Source: Octopus sinensis
Lineage: Eukaryota
Direction of reading: 5' to 3'
Assembly (NCBI RefSeq): GCF_006345805.1
Contig: NC_043021.1
Coordinates: 7,688,001-7,752,000 of the forward strand
DNA: 64,000 nt
Positions 63,865 to 64,000 of this stretch are shown one piece after another. The position numbers and the translations under genes were made by a program. The notes under the pieces are model-generated. The model did not search any database and had not been told where the DNA came from. It saw only the letters and a program-made list of their open reading frames with translations. The number at the start of each line of letters is the position of its first letter. Position 1 is the stretch's first letter.

Positions 63865-64000
63865 ATTCTTTTATTTGTTTCAGTCATTTGACACTGGCCA
63901 TGGAGCACCACCATAAAAGGATTTTAGTCGAAGAAATTGACCCTAGGACCTATTCTTTGTAAGCCTAGTACTTATTCTATTGGTCTCTTTTACCAAACCG
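63865..64000 (-). mobile_element. SINE-A 3' part (runs off the window)
   Basis: tttgtttcagtcatttgacactggccatggagcacc ... gcctagtacttattctat. Confidence 0.85.

Overview
AT-rich, repeat-saturated eukaryotic DNA, most likely an Octopus (coleoid cephalopod) intronic/intergenic region. This is inferred from the tRNA-derived SINE families and the very high microsatellite load. There is no prokaryotic gene, operon, CRISPR array, rRNA or bona fide tRNA gene. The window is dominated by four short retroposon families, labelled here SINE-A to SINE-D. These labels are my own; they may overlap the described octopus OK/OR1/OR2 SINEs, but I cannot assign them. Also present are TTAA-flanked piggyBac-type MITEs (P1, P2), TA-flanked Tc1/mariner/pogo elements (including a DD41D transposase remnant), two Helentron-type non-autonomous elements, and decayed LINE fragments (CR1-type RT, three RTE types, R4/Dong-like). 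Giant simple-sequence arrays include about 0.9 kb of (GAT)n, about 0.5 kb of (TACA)n and about 2 kb of alternating purine-pyrimidine sequence. Almost all long ORFs in the supplied track are low-complexity artefacts. The best host-gene evidence is a 445-bp minus-strand exon-like ORF (52782-53226) with a strong acceptor; several weaker exon candidates also occur. The most interesting observations are a near-perfect 250-bp inverted repeat (28262-29018), an indel-free imperfect foldback (57473-57689), reciprocal nesting of two MITE families, a recurrent dimeric SINE, a LINE whose 3' end matches the SINE-A tail, two independent 26-bp minisatellites born from a SINE motif, and a CpG-density step near 53-56 kb. 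I cannot support a wholly new multi-gene system.
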